From Lama glama (Eukaryota), in contig CM052821.1 in NCBI GenBank assembly GCA_028534125.1, forward strand, positions 54,126,001 through 54,190,000: DNA of 64,000 nucleotides. Reading direction: 5' to 3'. Shown in pieces: positions 37,300 to 51,210 of the stretch; positions within the stretch are counted from its first letter, which is position 1, and each line of letters opens with the position of its first letter. The notes below the pieces were generated by a model. It worked only from the letters and a program-made list of their open reading frames with translations. It searched no databases and had not been told where the DNA came from. The translations under genes were made by a program, and so were the position numbers.

Positions 37300-40200
37300 T
37301 CTTGAACTTAGAAGCCGAAATTCTTAACAAAGTGTTAGCAAATCAACCCCAACAATAATAAAAAACGAGTAACACGTGCTGAACACACCGAACGCGCCCC
37401 GGGAACGCGAGGCTGCCCCATCGCGGGGAAGTCAGTCGGCAGAAAAATGATACGGTTCTCTCAACAGCTGCAGAGAGAGCACTGAGCAAAATTCAACGCA
37501 TGAAAAAAATTTCAGCAAACTGGAATGAAAGATAACCTCCTTAACCTGATAAAGGGCATCTATAAAATGTGAGCCGCTACCCTCAGACTTAATGATGAGA
37601 GAGAACGCTTCTGCGCTGAGGTCAGGACTGAGGCAGGGTGTCCTCTCTCTCCACTCCTTGCCGCCCCTGGACTAGAAGTCCTAGCTGCTGCAATAAGCCA
37701 AGAAAAAGAAAGAAAAGGCCTTCAGATTAGGAAGAAATAAAACTGCCTCTGCAGATGGCAGTAGCATCTATGTAGAAACTCGTATGGACTCTACCAAAAA
37801 AAAAAGCTGTTAGAACTAATAAATGAGTTTAGTGAGGTTGCAGGATACAAGATCAACATAGAAAAAGCAACTGAATTTCTACATATTAGCACCAACATTT
37901 AGAAATTAAAAAATGTTTACTAGCCATTTGCAGTAGAATCAAGAAATAAGGAATTTCTTATTGAAATTTTAATGAGAGAAATTTTTAAAAGACCTACCTA
38001 AAGAGAGAGACACATCATAACCATGGATCAGAGGCTCAGTATCGTTAAGATGTCAGTTCTCCCCAAACTGATCTGTGGCTTCAATGCAACCTCCATTAAA
38101 ATCTATCCCCCCCCAAAAGGGTAGAAATTGGCAAGATCCTTTCCAAATGCACGTGGAAATGCAAAGGACCCACAACAGCCAAAACAACTTGAAACAAACA
38201 AAAACAACATCAAACAAAGTAAAGGACTTACACTTCCTGACTTCAAGACCTGGTATAAAGCTATTATAATCAAGACTGTGGTATAGGTGTTAAGTTACAC
38301 AAATAGATCAACGAAACTGCGTAGAGTCCAGAAACAGACTCACACATATGGTCAACTGATTTTCAGCAAAGACTGCAAAGTCCACTAATTAAGTGGAAAA
38401 AGGACAATTGTTTCACAAATGGAGTTGGAACAAGTGGATACCCATAAAAACAAACGAAAACATAACTTCAATCCATACCATGCACATATTGAAAAAAAAA
38501 CAACAGGTGGATCAGAGACCTAAATGTAAAGTCTAAAACTATAAAACTTCCAGAAGAAAACATAGGAGAAAATCTTTGGGGCTGTGGGTTAGGCAAGAGT
38601 CTTAGATACCACACCAAAAGCGTCATCCATCTAAGAACAAATTAATAAGCTGAACTTCAAAAAAATTAAAAACTATTGAAGCTGGAAAGACAGTGTTAGG
38701 GGAATGAAAGAACGAGCCACAGACTGGGGGAAAAAAACATGAGCAAATCACCTCTCTGACAGAAGCTTGTATCCAGAACATATAGAAGAACTCTCAAAAC
38801 TCAATAACTAGAAAACTAACAACCCAATTTAAAAATAGTTTGAACAGATAATTCACTAACGAAGATATGCTGATGGCAAATAAGCAAATGAAAAGATACT
38901 AAACACCATTTGTGATTAGGGAAATATGAACTAATCCACAGTAAAGACCACTACGCACCCATTCAGATGGCTACAATGAAAAGGCAGACAAGTCCAGAGC
39001 TGGTAAGGATGTGGAGCAGGGCCCCCATCACTCTTGGGAACATAAAGTGGTGTGGTCACACTGGAACTCAGTTCGGCAGTTTTGTAAAAAGTTACACATG
39101 CTTGTACTGCTGTGGACTGGGTGTCAGTGTCCTCCCAGAATTATGAGGAAACTAACCCCCAGGGTGACGGTATTTGGAGATGAGGCTTTGGGGTGACCAG
39201 GCCGTACGGGTGGGGCCGTCATGATGGGTCAGCGCCCTTATAAGGAGAGACTTGAGAGGGCTTGCTTCCCCCGCCTCCTGCCAGGTGAAGACACAGCAAG
39301 AAGGAGTCTGCCATGATCTGAGTGTGTCCCCCTAAAAGTCACCTGATGGAGTTACAAGGCCGGGCCTTTAGGGGGTGCTTAAGCTCTGAGGGTGGAATCC
39401 TGATGAAATGAATGGGATTAGTGCCCAAAAAGAGGCTCCAGAGAGTCCTAGCCCTTCCCCCAGGAAAGAATACAATGAAAAGTCTGCAGCCAGAAAGAGA
39501 GCCCTCACCTGACAGTGCTGGCACCCTGATCTCCGAAGCCCGGCCTCTAGAACGGTGAGCAATGAACCGCCGATTACAGTGAGCTACTGAGTCTCCTGTG
39601 TTTTGTTACAGCAGCTAGAACAGACCGAGAAAGCATCCATCTGCAAACCAGGAAGAGGGTTCGCACCACAAACAAAACTAGCCAACACCTTCATCTTGGG
39701 CTTCTCCAGAACGGTGAGACAGAAATGTTTATTGTTAAAGCCACCAAGTAGATCATATTTTTGTCACAGCAGTCCTGACTAAAACACTCTACTTCTAGGC
39801 ATTACCCATGAGAAATGACAGCACATTTCCAGACAGAGGCTTGTTCGTGAACATTCACAGCAGCTCTCCTGTGATAACCCAAACTGGAAACAGCCCAAAC
39901 ATACATCAGTGGCTCTGCAGATGAACAAACTGTGGTATGTCCATCCGATGGAATATTACTCGGCCATGAAAAAGGAACCAAGCAATTGATACATGTAACA
40001 TAGATGAATCTCAACATAATTTTGCTGAGTGGAAGGACCCAGACAAGAAAGGAGGATGTTTTATTGTATGAGGCCATTCATATGAAATTCCAGAAAATGC
40101 AAATTAATCTAAAGGGACAGAAAACAGATCAGGGGGTATATGGAGGTGGGGAGAGGAGGAGGAAGGTGTTTCAAAGGAGAAACTTCTGAGGGTGAAGGGT

Positions 40201-40310
40201 GCGTTTACTATCTTGATTCTGGTGATGGTTTCACAGGTGTGCATCTGTCAAACATATAGCACACTCTAAATATGTATATTGTATATGTTACTCCAACAAA
40301 GCTGCTAAAA
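37300..40310 (+). mobile_element. Old L1 (3' half of ORF2 plus 3' UTR, L1MB/MC-like), interrupted by MLT1 LTRs
   Basis: ORF2 motifs: gcaggatacaagatcaacata, ctaaatgtaaagtctaaaactataaaacttccagaagaaaacataggagaaaatctt. L1 3' UTR at 39790-40310. Confidence 0.85.
39108..39786 (+). mobile_element. MLT1 LTR with a second MLT1 LTR (~39309-39630) nested inside
   Basis: Two LTR starts (tgctgtggactg at 39108; tgccatgatctgagtgtgtcccc at ~39309) and two LTR ends (tttgttacagcagc...; tttgtcacagcagtcctgactaaaaca). Confidence 0.72.
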
Positions 40311-40629
40311 ATAAACTCCTTTCCTCTTTCCCCCCTTATTGCTCTCTGCCCCTGGAATGAGTGTCATCCTTCCCCAGATAACACAGCAGAGGGTCTCAGG
40401 CCCCACAAGTTCCAGAGCTGCTTGTCCCAATAATGATAAGATGGTTCCTCCCTCCTCTGGAACGTGCCACTTGGCCCAAGTGGGCAAAACTCTGAGGTTC
40501 ACATCCTTCCAGCCAGCTGCCTGCCTCTGCATGGAGCCAAATTATCCATATTTACCTATAAATTCACTGTGGACATGTGGTGGAATGGAGCTTTACATGC
40601 AAGACAGAGGGCATTAAAAACAGGTGTGG

Positions 40630-41125
40630 GATAAAGAAGTTGTATATTTACAATGGAATACTACTCAGCCATAAAAAAGAATAAAATAATGCCATCTGCA
40701 GCAACATGGATGGACCTGGAGATAGTTATTCTAAGTGAAGTAAGCCAGAAAAAGAAAGAAAAATATCATACAATATCACATGTAAGTGGAATTTAAAAAA
40801 AAAGACACAAATGAACTTATTTACAAAGCAGAAACAGACTCACAGACCTAGAAAACAAACTTATAGTTACCAGGGGGAGAAAGGGAGTGGGAAGGGATAA
40901 ACTGGGAGTTCAAGATTTACAGATACTAACTACTATATATAAAATAAACAAGTTTATATTGTAAAGCACAGGGAACTATATTCAATATCCTGTAGTGACC
41001 TATGATGGAAAAGAATATGAAAAGGAATACATGTATATGTATATATATATATGACTGAAACACCATGCTGTACAACAGAAACTGACACATTGTAAACTGA
41101 CTATACTTCAATTAAAAAAAAAAAA
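40630..41125 (+). mobile_element. Younger artiodactyl-type L1 3' end
   Basis: Well-preserved caatggaatactactcagccataaaaaag...gaaacagactcacagac...attgtaaactgactatacttcaattaaaaaa. aaaaacag occurs on both flanks. Confidence 0.88.
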
Positions 41126-44100
41126 CAGACGCAGTCACTTTATGAGAAAGCGTCTCCATCCACTGTGCCATTTCCTGTCTCCCTCCAGCACTGCCCTGTG
41201 CCCACATTCTCAAAGATCCTGCCCTGGCTTCCGTAAAGGAAGGGAAGGCTGTGCCCTCCCCCTTGCCAGACCTGCTGTCACATCAGCGTCACCCGCGCAG
41301 CCTGTCTGCGGTCAGATCCCTGGGCCCGGCCTAGACTTGCGCAGGTGGGAGGCAGGCTTGGGGGAAGCACTATTTGATTAACGAGCTTCCAGGTGATTCT
41401 GCCAACGTGGGGGCCATGGGCCAAAAAGAAGCTGGGCTGTCCCTCCAGCAGGTTCGGCAATGAAAGGCCCGCAGGTGTGCCATCACTCCATCAGTGGGTG
41501 GAGCCACGTGGACCCCTAGGAGCAGGGATTCACGCGTGGGTGATGGGCCCCAGAACCACTAAGACAAATCCAGGTCCAGCACCTACAGGAGCCAGAGAGC
41601 AGGCACGAAGCTGCTTTCCCTGGGGACTCCCTGCCAGTGAAGATCTCCAAACAAGCACTCTGGATGAGGGGCGTGTGTGCCTGCGCTTTCCTGGCTTGTG
41701 TGCACCTTCGAGTCTGCGAGGAGAGGCGTGAGGGCAGCTGTGTGTCCGTGTCTGGGCACATTACTGCACCAGCCATTTGGTTCTCTGGCATCCACCTTGG
41801 GGCATGTGCCCTGTTGTGTTTCCATATGGATTCTTTTCTGGGTACCTCTTCTGCTCTGTGTCCATGGGTCTCGCAGGCACCAGTGTCTGTGGTTCTAAGC
41901 CTTCCTTCCAGACTGGCACTCAGCACTCTCTCCCGTCTTAGGACATCGGCGACTTCTGTCCATGGGCCTTAGAAATTCACAGCCAGGGAAGGGGAGGGGG
42001 GACCACAAGAGGGAGGGATGGGCCGAGGCTGCTGGAGAGGCAGAGCCCTCGAGGGTGGGGTGGGTCGGGGGAAAGACAGGGGGCGCTTCAGTTTGACCGC
42101 ATTCTCAAATACTCAGTTACTAAGAAAAAGACACTAGGGGAAAACGCTGAACACCTGTGGGATGTTCACAGCCCAAAGCATTCACCTCCCGACTCCCGCC
42201 CAATGGCCGCATTCACATCGCTGCCTGGGCCTCGAGGTGCCCGGCAGCTCTTTAAGGAGCATCTCCAGTGTGCGGGGTGCCCTCTGGGCCCGGGCAGCAG
42301 GAGGAGCGCAGACGACCCGACAACTCCCCGGGTCACAGCCCGAAGTCCCAGGCTTCTGGGGGGGAGCTTGCTACAAGCAGGCTGCTGAGCGGACCCTCGG
42401 CCGCACCGCTTCTGGGAGCGGTGGGCTTCCCCCCAGGTCACCACGGCCCGTCCACGGCCGTCCACCTCCCGTCTGTGCTCCAGGGCTTCCAGGCGCCCTC
42501 CAGTCGCCATCTATTTGCTTCTCTTGCTCGAAGGCCGACCCCGGAGTGCGTTCTTCCACGTCCCTATAAACCTTTAATTAACAAGCTGAAGAGACATTTC
42601 ATCTGGCAGGGGCTGACCTTTCTGCTCCGAGGCGGAATTTATCGGTAGCGGCAGAAACAATCATCTCAGAGACTATTTCACAAGCACCGGAGAGTTTATA
42701 GCCGCACTTTTGTCAAGATAAATGAGCTCCTTATGACTACGCTTACAGCTCTAAGCATTTTAATAGGGAGAAAAAAGGGCCATAAAAGTCAAAGATAACT
42801 TCGCATTTTTCCTGCATCGGTGGAGTCCCGGGGGCAGCCTGCGACGCCGGGGAGAAGCTCAGTCACGGCCGAGGCAGGTGGGAGGCACCGAGGAGACAGG
42901 CGGCGTGCCGACTGTACTCGCGGTGGGGAGCTGGGCTCACAAGCTGGCTCTGACACCCGCTGTGTGTGCCCCTTAGCTCCCCGCACCCAATCTCCTCTTC
43001 CACGACACGGGGAGTTCCTGCTGCACCAGGCAGAAGAGGGTCAAAGAGATGGGTGCCAAGGAGTCAGCACTGCGCCCGGTGTGCGTCCCGCTCCGTGAGC
43101 GCTGGGTAGGGGGAGCGGGCAGCCCCGGCCGTGCCCGGAACTGGGGAGGGACAGGAGGGTGCTAAGGGTGTGCCCGGGAGGAAGGTACACCCTGGGGCCC
43201 TGGCGGAATGCACGGGGCTGGACCGGCGGCACAGCCTCGGGCCTGCTAAGCTGACTCCAAGGGCTCCGACAGCAGGGGGACTGGCAGGCACCACAGGCAG
43301 CACCAGAACCGGAGGCCAAGCAGAGACAAGAACCACACGACCAGCTCACGGTGGTCGAGTCTCCCACGCGCCACGGCCCCGGACACGCGCGGGTCAGGGA
43401 GCTCAGTCCTCCAGACTCTCTGTCCTCCCTGCAGGAGTGGAGGCGGTGGGGGGTCACAGTGCATCCCCCCACCCACCCACGCGGCCTCTCAGCCCCTCCC
43501 CCAGGCCGCCGCTGTGGGACACTCAGGAGGGCTGGGTTTCTTCTCGCCTGCATACCAGTGTTGGTATCGACACAGATCTGCAGGTAAAACTGTAGAAAAA
43601 CACACAGGGAAGCCCACCCACAGCACGCCCTGCCCCCACCACGTGAGCACACACCTGAAATGCCAGGACATCCCCCGCGGAGCCGTGTCACTGGGACCTG
43701 CCGCACACGGCTGCACCAACCTCCCACTGCCCCCAAACACGAGGCCACCGCCTGGTTTCCCCAGGGGAGGAGGTGGGGACTCTCATGCCCCCGTGCCTTT
43801 CGTATGAGGTCACCCAAGCTGCTGTGTCCCCCCCAGGCCATCCGCACACCACCAGGTTCCAGGTACAGCCTCCAATCCCCAGCCAGTTCTTCCAGACTAG
43901 GGGGAGCCTGTTGCTCCGACGTACTGCACACCCCGACATCACAGAGCCGTCCAGCAGTCCTCGTTGGAGGATGCCATGTGTTTCCAATCCAGACCTCATT
44001 GAATAAGGGGGACAAGGCTCTTGAGAGGTTCGACCCCCATCCCAGGGCAGCCAGGGGGCTGGTCTTTGTCCGCTGAAGCCCTGAGGCTGGGAGGGGCACC

Positions 44101-47100
44101 CCCAGGTCCCCCTGCAGACCCAGCCTTTGCCCTTTGCCGAGGAGTGGGCGGGTCCTCCGTACCCTCAGCACCCATCACAGGATATGGTTCATGGTTCCTG
44201 GTTCCTTCCAGGGAAAACCCTCACTGAATAGTGGAAAAAGCAGCCCCCCAACCCCCTGAGAGGCTTCTGAAAGCACAGCCCCAAACTGGCCCAGGGGAAA
44301 GGTCTGCGCCCTGAGCGGCCGGGGGACACGGCGCCTAGACTGGAGCAGCCTGTTGCTGAGTTGAAACAACACGGTTTCGCACCACGCCTGGCCTGGGAGG
44401 CCCTTGGCCAGGCCTCTGTGTCTCTTCATCGCCCACCGGGGAAGAAAAAGCAGAAGTTGAGTTTTGCTAAAGGAAGCCATCAGGTGCTGGGTTCCCCTTG
44501 CATTTACTGGAACACTCTGCCATGTCTACCTCCCCACCGAGGGATGCCGAGGCCAGGGGCTGGATGTCACACCACAACCACGCGGCCAGTCTATGGTAGG
44601 GCCCGATCTCACCGGAGCCTGAGCCCTTGGCCACCACGGGAACCCCAAACATCGGAGGGTTCCTGGGGCCCGTACACCCTCAGTCCCCAAACATCCTTAC
44701 TGATCTGCCCCCTGGTTTCATTCCAGGTGAGTCCATCCCCAGCCCCTGCTTGGCATCACCCCCTGCTCAGCTGCCCTGCCCACAAACATCCTTGTGGTGC
44801 AAGGTGAGTCCTGGGCTGAGATTCTGAGCCAAAGGAGAGAATTCAGGACTTGGAGCTCAGGGGGCAGGAGGGCAAGCGAGCGCCTCCCAGGAGCTGGTGC
44901 CCCTGGCGTGATCAGCAGGGGAGCCGAGGCCAGGTCATGGCCTGACTCCTAAGGAGCTCAGACTACATCCCCGGAGCAGCGGTCCCCGAGGAATGCGGCT
45001 ACACCACACAGAGACGAATGTTCCTCCTCATCTGACCTGGGCAGCTGGGCCCCAGTCAGCACTGTGGACACGGAGCAGGAGTTCCTGGGAGCCTGGCTCC
45101 CCTGCAGGAGGAGGAAGTGCCCTGTATCCCAAGTGCCCTGTATTGGGGCACAAACCACTATTAACTTCGTCTGGGAGGCTGATGTCCCACAGGGGCCCAG
45201 GGCACTCACTGCCAGGTCTGCGTGCTGAGCGGGGCTTCAAGGACCGCAGTGTCCCCTTCTCCAGCACCTCCGATGACCAGGAAAACATGTGCTGAGCTGA
45301 CCAGAGCAGGGCTCCTGCTTTCTGCACCCCACGAGGCTCCTGCCTCCGCCTGGCTGGGTGGGGAGAGTGGGGCAGCAGCCCCAGGCCTCTGAGAGCCACA
45401 CAGGACAGCCCAGGAGGAGCCCGCTTCCAGGCCGCGGGCCGGCCGAGCGGCGGCACAGCTTCTCGAGCTGCAGTCCTCCCTGCCTCCCTGCACCCCTGTG
45501 ACGTGGGGCAGAGGTAAGCGTGGGGCTCCAACATCCGTAAGTGCCAATAAATGTTAACATCACACAAGCACCACTCTTACCGTCGTGTGAAACCGGTTTA
45601 TTATTCACAGATGAAACCTGACCGCCGCCTTTATTGCTGCAGAGGAGACGGGGTAGTTCCGTGTGCTCCTGGCGGGCTCTGCCAGCCCCAGCTCGGGGCC
45701 CCCGCGCCTGCTCCCTGCCTCCACTAGCCCTGAGCTTGTCCACGGGGGGCTGTCAGGGGCCTTTGGGGTTCATGTGAAAACCCAGGGAAAGGCACAACTC
45801 CCTTCGCTGCCCCGTGTCTTGGAAGTCCCCCTCCTCCTGGCCCAGGTCGTATCTACAGCTGAGACCCAGCACACACCCGGAGCACGTGTTACCGGTGGGG
45901 GCCAACCAACCCGCACTCGAATTTCATCCCGTCCTCACCTCCGGAGCAGGGGATCAAGAACCACCTTCTCTGTTCCCAGGACCAGAGGGGCGGGCAGGAG
46001 GCACCCGGCCCAGAGCCACGGGTGTGATTCATTCAGTGGGTCCTCAGTTCACAGATGCGTTAGGGACCCTGGGTGGTGACAAGGGAGGCGGAGGGAAGGA
46101 CTCGAGGGGGATGGCAATGGCAGGAGGGCAACGAGGTCTCCTGATGAAGGGGGGACAAGCATGCCCAGGCCTGTGGGTCCCCCGCTGGGCACTCCTGAGG
46201 CCACCCGTGCCCATGTGCACAGGGACCACACGGGAGCAGGTTCACAACAGTGTCTGCGATGGGGAAGACTGGGAACAGCTCGGCTGTCCCCTGGGACAGA
46301 TCAACTGGAATGTTCTCATGATGGAAAAGAGGCGTCGGGGAGTCCACGCAGGCTCTTGGCTGGAGGGGCAGGGGGTCCGAGTGGCTCACAGCGCTGCGCA
46401 GACCTGTTTAGATCTCCCCTCCCAGGACCAGCCGTGGTCGTCAGGCTCTTGTCCACAGGCACCCACACCCACTGGCCCCTGCCCTGGGCATCCTGCCCTC
46501 TCCCCAGGTCTGGGGCGTGCTCCCCAGTGCTCAGCAGCTCCTGGGAGAGGGGAGCTACACCCCGGGGCCTCTCAGGAGACCGCAACACCGAGTCTTGAAA
46601 ACAAGCACCCTCCTCCAAAACCCGCTTCTTCAAGCCCCTCACGGGGAGTCATTTTCTGAAGCTCCGATTCTAGGGACGCTGCCTACTCCCCGCCCCAAAG
46701 CAAACCTGTTTACTGAGCACCTGGGGCGGGTGGGGGCACAGCTGCCAGCACAGGGGGCTCCAGCCAGGCTGGGTCCTGGTGACCCTGGCCGAGCAGGGCT
46801 GGCCGAGGCAGGCTGCCCGGGGCCACTTAACCAATGCAGTGGTCTTTACAGAGGAGGCCATTCTTAATCAGAAAGCCCCAGAAAACACAAGTGGCTACTC
46901 TGTGCTGACATTTAAAACACCCTTTTGGCAACACCCAGTGTGGCAAAGTGGTTTAATTAACTTGAAAGGGTGTAATTTTACGCTATTTAGTAGGAAATAC
47001 ACATTCCAAATGGCATCGTGGACTAAGAATTGGGGGCTGTGATCTTCAGAGTGTGAAAAAAACCAGCCATGAGTCCCTGGCAACCACAGGTGTGGGGTTG

Positions 47101-50100
47101 GGAGGCCGTGAGGGTGGGGCATGCTGGAAACTTCCCTACAGACAGCAGCCTCGGAAGCCGGAAGCCGCACCAGCTCTGGGGCGGGGCGTCCGCAAGGCCG
47201 CAGCCCGTCAACTCACCTGGGAAACAAACGCAGCGTCTGAAGAAGAACTGGCCTGGCGGGGGGGGGGGGGGACCAGTCACAACTCCCCGCCAGTCCCCTC
47301 CGCCGGGCCCTGCAGGCGCTAGTTCCCCGAGGGGGAGGTACCGCCCTCCTGCCCAGCTCTGGCTGTGGGCATGTCCCAGGTCACGGGAGAGGGGTGCTCC
47401 TGGATGGGGGCCCCTGGCTGGACGCTGCCCCATCCCCACTGAAGGGGCCTCTTAGGGAGGAGGCCAGCCTCTCAGCGGTGAGGCAGGATGGGTGAGGCGG
47501 TGTGGCACACAGAGGACCCAGGGGCTGGGGCTGCAGCCTCACTTGGATGCTGGAAAGACCCTGGGGCTAGTTTCCCTTCCTGTCTGACCTCTGGAATGAT
47601 GTAGCAAAATCTGGTACCGAAGGGCATGGGCTGGTCTCCAGGGCTGCAGGGGAGGAGGCACCACAGGGACCGCTCCCTCTCCCCGGGGTCTGGGGCGAGA
47701 GGAAGGCGTGGAGTGGTGGTGCCCACCCTTCCTGGTCCCCTGGTCCCCATGGACTGCCTGTCCCACTCACCTCGTGCTCCCCGCTATCTGCGACTCGGGA
47801 GCCGTTGTGTCTGCCCCTTGGCAGGAGGCCCCAGAGCTGCTCCCTGGGCCCTCGGATGCAGGGGCACGCATCATCAAAACAGATCCCAGTGAGGGTGAAA
47901 TGCAACCTACAGGCGTGTTAAACGGGCTCTCCCCCACCGACCCCGGACCTCCATAAAACAGTCATTTAGGGGATCTAATTTCCACATGGGGTCGGCTGAC
48001 ACACACTCCCACTGGCCCCAGCCTCATCATCCTGCCACCTCCAATGCCCCAGAATCTAATTTAGGGGACACACATCTGCATGGCTCCATGGGGTGCCCGC
48101 CACAGCCCGGTCCCTCTCCCCTGTTGGGAGAGGCCCCCTGCAGTGAGCCTCATGTGGGCAGTAGTGGGGAGGGGCTCGCCCCAACCCCCGGAGGCAACTG
48201 GGGGGGTTTCGACAAACGTCTACACCCAAGTAACCACCACCCAGACCAAGATACGGGCCCTGGAGGCTCCTGGGAGCCCCACAAAGGACGGTCTGGCTGG
48301 GGGAGCAAGGTCCTGCCCTTGGCAACCAGCTCCTGATTCGATTTACCGACCCGGCAACTGATAGGGAAACAGGATTAAATCCCCACTACTTAATCCGCTG
48401 GCACTAATTAGACTCAGCATGTTTACTGACCAGCTACCCTGTGCCAGGCCCTGTGTGGACAGAAGTAAGCAAGGCAAGGGTGCCGCCCTGTCTGTGGGTG
48501 ACAGGCTCCAAGCCAGCGCAGGTCCAGGATGTCAGCCAGGATCTGACACTTCCCAACCAGCAGGGACCTGGTGGATGGAGGTCCCACCATCAGGGAAGGG
48601 GCGTGGGGGTGTTTGACGTACACAAGGCACCTCTGCGTCGAGGTGGCTTCCACAGTTCTAAGGGATGAGTTCAGGGTCCCAACGTGCAGATGAGGGAAGT
48701 GCAGGGAGATGAAGTGACCTGCCCCAGGCGAGTGGCTGGTGAGACATGCGTGGGAGGGGACTCTGAGGGGGACTGTGGCCCTCAGGTTTTAAGTGGACAG
48801 TCCTTCCACCACCCCGCCCCCACCCTCCCTTCTCTCCCCTCCTCCACCTGGTCCTGCAGGATGAGACCAGGCCACAGGGAGGAAGGGACGACTCACAGAG
48901 GGCTCAGGGACCCTGGGGGGCTCGGCACACAGCTCAGACACACAGGGGACCACACTTGGTGGCAGCACTTTGGGAACTGGGAAATGATGCTGATGGTGGA
49001 TCCCAGGGGTCACTCTTCTGCATGTGGCCCTGGGCGGTGGGAACCACACTGAGCTCGGGGAGGGGGAGGCGGGAGGACCTGGTGAAACAACCCCGGTGGT
49101 GCCTCCAGGAGTGACTCCGACCGGCACCCTCACCTCCTGACTCAATTTCCCCATGTCTGTGATGGGGCCATCAGCACCTAGGGGAGGCGGCAGACAGGCC
49201 ACTAGACAATACCTTCGGAACTTGGCAGTGAGACAACCCAGGCCAAGGGCAGGGAGCGTGGTGGGGGCGGCAGGAGCAATGACCACAGAGTGCCCTGTGC
49301 GGCAGGCGCCAGCCGGCACCCCCAGTCTGCGGGGGAGAAAGCCCCCGCCTGATCCTCCGTCTTTCCCCAGCAGACTGCTGGGGGCCAGACCCTCCTTAGG
49401 CGGAGCAAGGACCAAGGGCTCGCCTCTGGGCCGCTTCCTGGTCTTGCTGAGATCTGCGTGGAGCAAAGGCGAGGGGACACGGGCAAGGCTGGCGGGAGCA
49501 GATACCGTGTGGACACTGGCCGACTCCCACCAGAACCCGCCTCTGGCCTCCCCACATCCAGAGGTTGACCCTCTGCATGGGGGAGGCCGGGGTAGATCTG
49601 CCAGGTGGCCACAGACATGGGGTCACATGATGGGAGACACTGCATGGCTGTCCTCCCTCTCAGCGAGCTTAACTGGGGCCAGAGGCCCTACTACTGCCAA
49701 GTCCCCCCCAGGCATGGCCTAACACAGCCTGGCCTAAAGGACATTCCCCAGAGCATGGGTGTCCCCTGCAACCCTGTAAGCAACACAAGGGGGCCAAAGC
49801 CACCCCCAAGCACACCTGTGCCAGACAGACGCCAAGGCACAATGAGCTTTCCTGAACGGCTCCTTACTTCACTCCCAGGTGAATAGTTGGGCAGACTTTT
49901 CGGGACCTTTCCTCTGATTCACCTTGGCCAGGCAAGTCCCCAGGGATGGTGGTCTGTAAATACCATCCCCAGGCCAGTCCGTAGTTAGTAGTGATGAGTA
50001 TGAAATTGAGCCAGAAGACGGTGGGGGAGAATCTCTTCACACTTCCGCGCCTTTGCACGCACACAGGTACCAGTGCACACACACGGACGTGCGCACACTG

Positions 50101-50269
50101 CCCCCTGCCTGGAACGCCCTTCCGTTTCTGTGCTGGGCCACCAGCCCTCCCTGGACCTCACTCAGTAAAGCAGTGATGCTCCCCAAGCCCAGGGCTGCTG
50201 AAGGAAGCGCTGGCTGCCTGGCCCCCAGGGACTCACTGGCTGGGCGGTGGGCGGGGCACCAAGACCCTC

Positions 50270-50420
50270 CCCCAGCTTCAGACTGGAGCACATGACCCAA
50301 CCTGGCCAATCACAGCACTGGATTATCTGGGACCTATTACTGGTCTAGTGGGCGGGCATATGACCCAGTGGAGCCAATCAGAATCCTTCCCTGGGGCTGA
50401 GTCTCCAACAGGGAGAAAGA
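50270..50420. mobile_element. LTR16/ERVL-like LTR fragment
   Basis: Repeated catgaccca...gccaatca(g/c)a motif pairs typical of this LTR group. Confidence 0.5.
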
Positions 50421-50879
50421 TGCTGTCCTGCCAGGGATCCTTGCTCAGGAACTGGAGGTTGTCCCCTGACCCTGGGGCCCCGGAAGATCACCACTGGGCT
50501 GGTTCACACTGATGACGGCCCAGGGTGTCACCCTCACCTCGTGAGTAAAGGGGAGGGCACAGAGTGGGAGCCCCATACTTGTGGCTCTCTGCTTTGGGGG
50601 TGAAGGCAGCGCCTGCTTCGCCCATGGGGAAACCCCTGGGGCCTCTGAAATCTTGACACCTGGTTAAACACACACCTGCATACAATGTAAGTACCTACTC
50701 TGAGTCAAGGAAAACAGCAGAGCCTTCAAACTGCCACTCCAGCCAAATGCCCACATGTGCAAGAGCTGCCCGTGGTGGTCCCAAGGAGTCGTGGGGGTCT
50801 GTCCACTGTCACCTCCACCATCACGTCCGCCCCAACGTGCTCCCTGGGAGGCCAGCCAGGAACTGCAGGAAAGCAGCCC

Positions 50880-51210
50880 AGAGTCCTGGAGTCAAATCCT
50901 GGCCCTGCCACCGATGGGCTGTAAGACCCTGCACAGTCATCACACTCCCTGAGCCTCAGTTTTCCTCATCTGTAAAACAGGGACAATTAACATGCATGCA
51001 GATTGGCTGTGATGGTTAAAAGAGGAGTGTGTGGCACGCACCTGGAGCTTAGGAGTCCCCGAAAAAGCTGCACAGAGGTAGGACAACGTGGCCTCAGGCA
51101 GCCGTGCCTTTGATTAGGCTACCTACCCTCCCCGAGCCTCCGTTTCGTCATCTCTAAAATGGGGATGCAGATGTCATCTTCCTAGAGTGGTGAAGAATCA
51201 GAGATTAGGA
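50880..51210 (+). mobile_element. Two tandem MIR remnants
   Basis: MIR core ctgagcctcagttttcctcatctgtaaaacaggg, and a second copy ccgagcctccgtttcgtcatctctaaaatgggga. Other MIR pieces lie near 190-280, 16130-16220, 59780-59900 and 60320-60440. Confidence 0.75.

Noticed and set aside
43041-44171. 376-aa ORF and the many other 60-280 aa ORFs in the track
   Set aside because: Low-complexity Pro/Gly/Arg/Ala translations in overlapping frames with no recognisable domain. These are expected by chance in GC-rich intron.
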